DNA of 63,697 nt, counting the filler, from Olpidium bornovanus S191 (Eukaryota; Fungi; Olpidiomycota): NCBI GenBank assembly GCA_017911155.1. It is 27 parts of 27 records of this genome, joined end to end, with 100 filler letters (N's around TTAATTAATTAA, not from the genome) between each part and the next. Parts side by side here need not be neighbours in the genome. Positions count along the whole stretch, not along the records: positions 58,750 to 60,903 come from JAEFCI010003821.1; positions 61,004 to 62,167 come from JAEFCI010001369.1; positions 62,268 to 63,697 come from JAEFCI010012077.1; 24 more parts are not named here. One strand, written 5' to 3'. The notes under the pieces were generated by a model. It made no database searches and had not been told where the DNA came from. It saw only the letters and a program-made list of their open reading frames with translations. The position numbers and the translations under genes were made by a program. The stretch's first letter is position 1. Each line of letters starts with the position of its first letter. Positions 60,831 to 63,697 of this stretch are shown piece by piece.

Positions 60831-62046
60831 GGGTGGCTGAAAGGCAACTGTTCGAAGAAAAGCTCCCCGCCTTTGCCGCCGTGCGCAAACTGATCCCAGG
60901 TGANNNNNNNNNNNNNNNNNNNNNNNNNNNNNNNNNNNNNNNNNNNNTTAATTAATTAANNNNNNNNNNNNNNNNNNNNNNNNNNNNNNNNNNNNNNNNN
61001 NNNATCAGTTTTTATAAGATTTGGCGACGGTCTCCGTCTACGAGAACGCCCTTAGACAATTTTTTTTATTTTTGCTTGCAGATGCCAAAGCGCCGACAAC
61101 CCGGACTGACGACGGACAATCATGCTGCGCCACGACTTGAAAGAACGTTACCAAGCGCAAAGTGCTTGCGCAGCCTCCTCCCTCTCCCTCATCCCCCCGC
61201 CTGCATACAAAGAAAGCCAGACTGCGTCCATAGTAAGGTCCGAACTTATACATAATCAATATAATATACCACGACAAAGTACAAACCCCCGCGGCGCCTC
61301 CGACAAGACGGCGACCCCCCCCCCTCCGTCCCCCTTCCCCTCCTAAAAGGTCTAGGTTTGTGAGCCAACAGCCGGCTCAAACTCGACGGCGGACCGCGGG
61401 CAACCAAAGGCAAAGAAAGGCCGACAGCAAAAGGGGAGCGCGAGCGAAAACAGCGAGGGAAAACAAAACAACAAAGCAGCGACGAAGGCGGACAGGACAG
61501 CAGGGCAGGCGAGAAAGGCAAACAGGACAGCAAGGCAGGCGAGGACGGCTAACAAGAGGCAGAAGCAGGGTAAGAAAAGCAGGCGAACGAACGAGAGGGC
61601 GGCCTTAGAGACCGCGGGGGGAAAAGGAGGAGGGCGGCTGCTGAGTACGGCCGCAAGGGGCCGCCGCAGAAGGACAGGGAGCGGAGTTTTGTGCCGCGCT
61701 GAGAGCGCAAGCCAAAAATAGCGTCAAGGCTCTGTCGCGAAGAGGGGGCCCCGCCCAGACCCGGAACACGGGCGGATTTTGAAAACAGACCTGGCGCGGG
61801 CCAAACGCGCAAAAAAAAGTAGCGGAGGCGCCAATTCGTCGTGCGGCCGTAAGGGGCGGGGGTGGGGGGTGGGGGAGGCGAGCGGTCCGTCTGCCCTCTC
61901 TCGCCGCGCCGCTCCGTTTTCGCCGGCAGCTGATGTCATCCGCCGGCTTATTATGTCATCCGCCCTGCTGCTAAGCTCATCCGGCCCTCCTTTCGGCAGC
62001 CCGTTCGCCCGCAGGCTAATTTTGTCCTTTCCCCGCGCCCCGTACG

Positions 62047-62160
<114 letters not shown>

Positions 62161-62267
62161 CCCCCCCNNNNNNNNNNNNNNNNNNNNNNNNNNNNNNNNN
62201 NNNNNNNNNNNTTAATTAATTAANNNNNNNNNNNNNNNNNNNNNNNNNNNNNNNNNNNNNNNNNNNN

Positions 62268-63598
62268 CATGTTCAACCCCGTAATTCAAGTCCAGTGGGG
62301 TTGCAGCAAATTCTCGGAAGTTCTCCTTACCAGCAGCCGGCTGTACCGACGCATCCCCAGCAACTTATGTCCCAACTTCACCCAAATCAGTATTTGAGTC
62401 CACAATTTCAAAGGCAACAATCTACCGATGTCCACCAGAACCTCCTTGCGGCGCAACGACAATATCTGCGGAACCCCGGGCTAGGCCCCCAATTCTACCA
62501 GCAAATGGAGATGCCAGCGTCTTCCGGGTTTGCAGGCCTTGCAGGTGTCGGGGTCGCTCCACAGACAGGTCTCCGGGAATCGCCGGGACTGCACTCCTCG
62601 GCCGGGCGCCGGAGTGTCTTGAATGGGACAGGCGAATTTGGAATCAGCGGAGGAGCTGACGGCCCTCTTTCTGTGCCTCGCGGGTCGGGCCAGCAACGCT
62701 ATTCTCTGTCCTTGGAAACGGTGCGCGGGGCGGGCTCTCCTAATCCTGTGCATTCGTCCGCTGGACAGCAGCCGGATACGGCCAACGTTGTGCAGCAGGG
62801 CCAAACAAACCCGTTTATTGTCCGCACGATCCAGCAAGCACCGGGCCTATTTCCGCGGATGCCGCCGTCCACAGGTGCTCCGACGGTCCCACCAACACAT
62901 ATAACGACTTCTGTTGGGCGGTTTCCGTTGCAGTTGCAGCAACATCCAGTTTCCTCCTTGCAAGCCGAAAGCCGGATCCGTCCGCCGTCTGAGCAACAAG
63001 TCCAGTTGCCATCGCCGCAGCCCGCACATCCCCCGCCTCATCCACGTTCTTCGGCCGTTCTTCCAATTACCACACAACCGCTGTCATCCTCGCGGACGGA
63101 CGGCATCCAAATGTCCGCAACTTCCACTGCGCCGGCACGAACTACGGCAGCGGCGTCTCTGCCGTTGGGAGCAGCCTCAGCGTACCCGCAGAATCTGCCG
63201 TCGACTGCTTCTGCTTCTGTTCAAGCCTCTGCGCCGTCTGCGCCGCCACATACGGCGGAACCAGTGGCCACCGCCACGGTGGTTCCGACGCTGCCAATTA
63301 AGAGGCCGAATGAATGGATGGAGCTCGAGATTGCGGTAACCCGCGATGATATTGACAGGGAGGCGCTGACGCGGCAGCGTACGGAAAACGTCAGGATCGC
63401 GGGAAAGAAGCGCGCGGCGAAAGATTTGGAGGCGAAGCAGAGGAAACGGCTGGCGAACAAGAACGCCGCCCAACGGGAGATTCTGAGCGCCTTTGGGGGT
63501 GGATACAACGGTTACGGTAATGGGACCACCGGAGACACCTTTCAAATCGTGTATCCGTCTGAGCGCAAGCGGCCGAGAACTCGCAAATTTTCCTTGTG
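62268..63598 (+). CDS. SNF5: SWI/SNF subunit Snf5-like protein, Q/P-rich N-terminal region, partial
   Basis: Frame open from the contig start to the window end (no stop, so absent from the ORF track). A Q/P/S-rich region is followed by GGGYNGYGNGTTG..FQIVYPSERKRP, a motif that precedes the Snf5 core repeats in fungal Snf5. Confidence 0.72.
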
Positions 63599-63697
63599 TG
63601 TAGCCCACCTATCCGCTATCGTTGTGTCAAACACGGGAAGGAGTTTCCTTGACCACGAAGCAACTCTGATCTTATGTGTGCGGTTCGAACTCATGCG

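Overview
This is not one continuous locus. It is a concatenation of 27 short contigs (about 1-5 kb each), joined by artificial 100-bp linkers (44 N + TTAATTAATTAA + 44 N). The DNA is GC-rich eukaryotic genomic sequence with GT-AG introns and long G/C/A homopolymer tracts. Gene content is fungal: a CreA/Mig1-like repressor, Snf5, Cft1, Vma6, Fis1, eEF2 and PGK. It also includes a kinesin-9 (KIF6-like), which points to a flagellated (zoosporic) early-diverging fungus; an Olpidium-like organism is an inference only. Most contigs carry partial housekeeping genes, and the ORF track is dominated by antisense shadow ORFs. The most unusual element is an AT-rich island of about 1.85 kb (about 19500-21348). 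It holds two intronless, head-to-head ORFs: a 150-aa ORFan and a stand-alone CheY-like receiver protein with a broken 5' end. These are followed by a non-coding zone dense in GGTAGCG/CGCTACC and TTGCCAA motifs and palindromes, so it is a candidate foreign element (viral or transposon-borne). Other notable items: a divergent pair of secreted candidate effectors with a repeat-rich shared promoter; a signal-peptide-bearing Cof-type HAD phosphatase; a 5-nt microexon in eEF2; a decayed Myb-repeat gene; a copia relic; and strong enrichment of CATG at contig ends (probably technical). All calls come from reading the sequence by eye; no searches were run.
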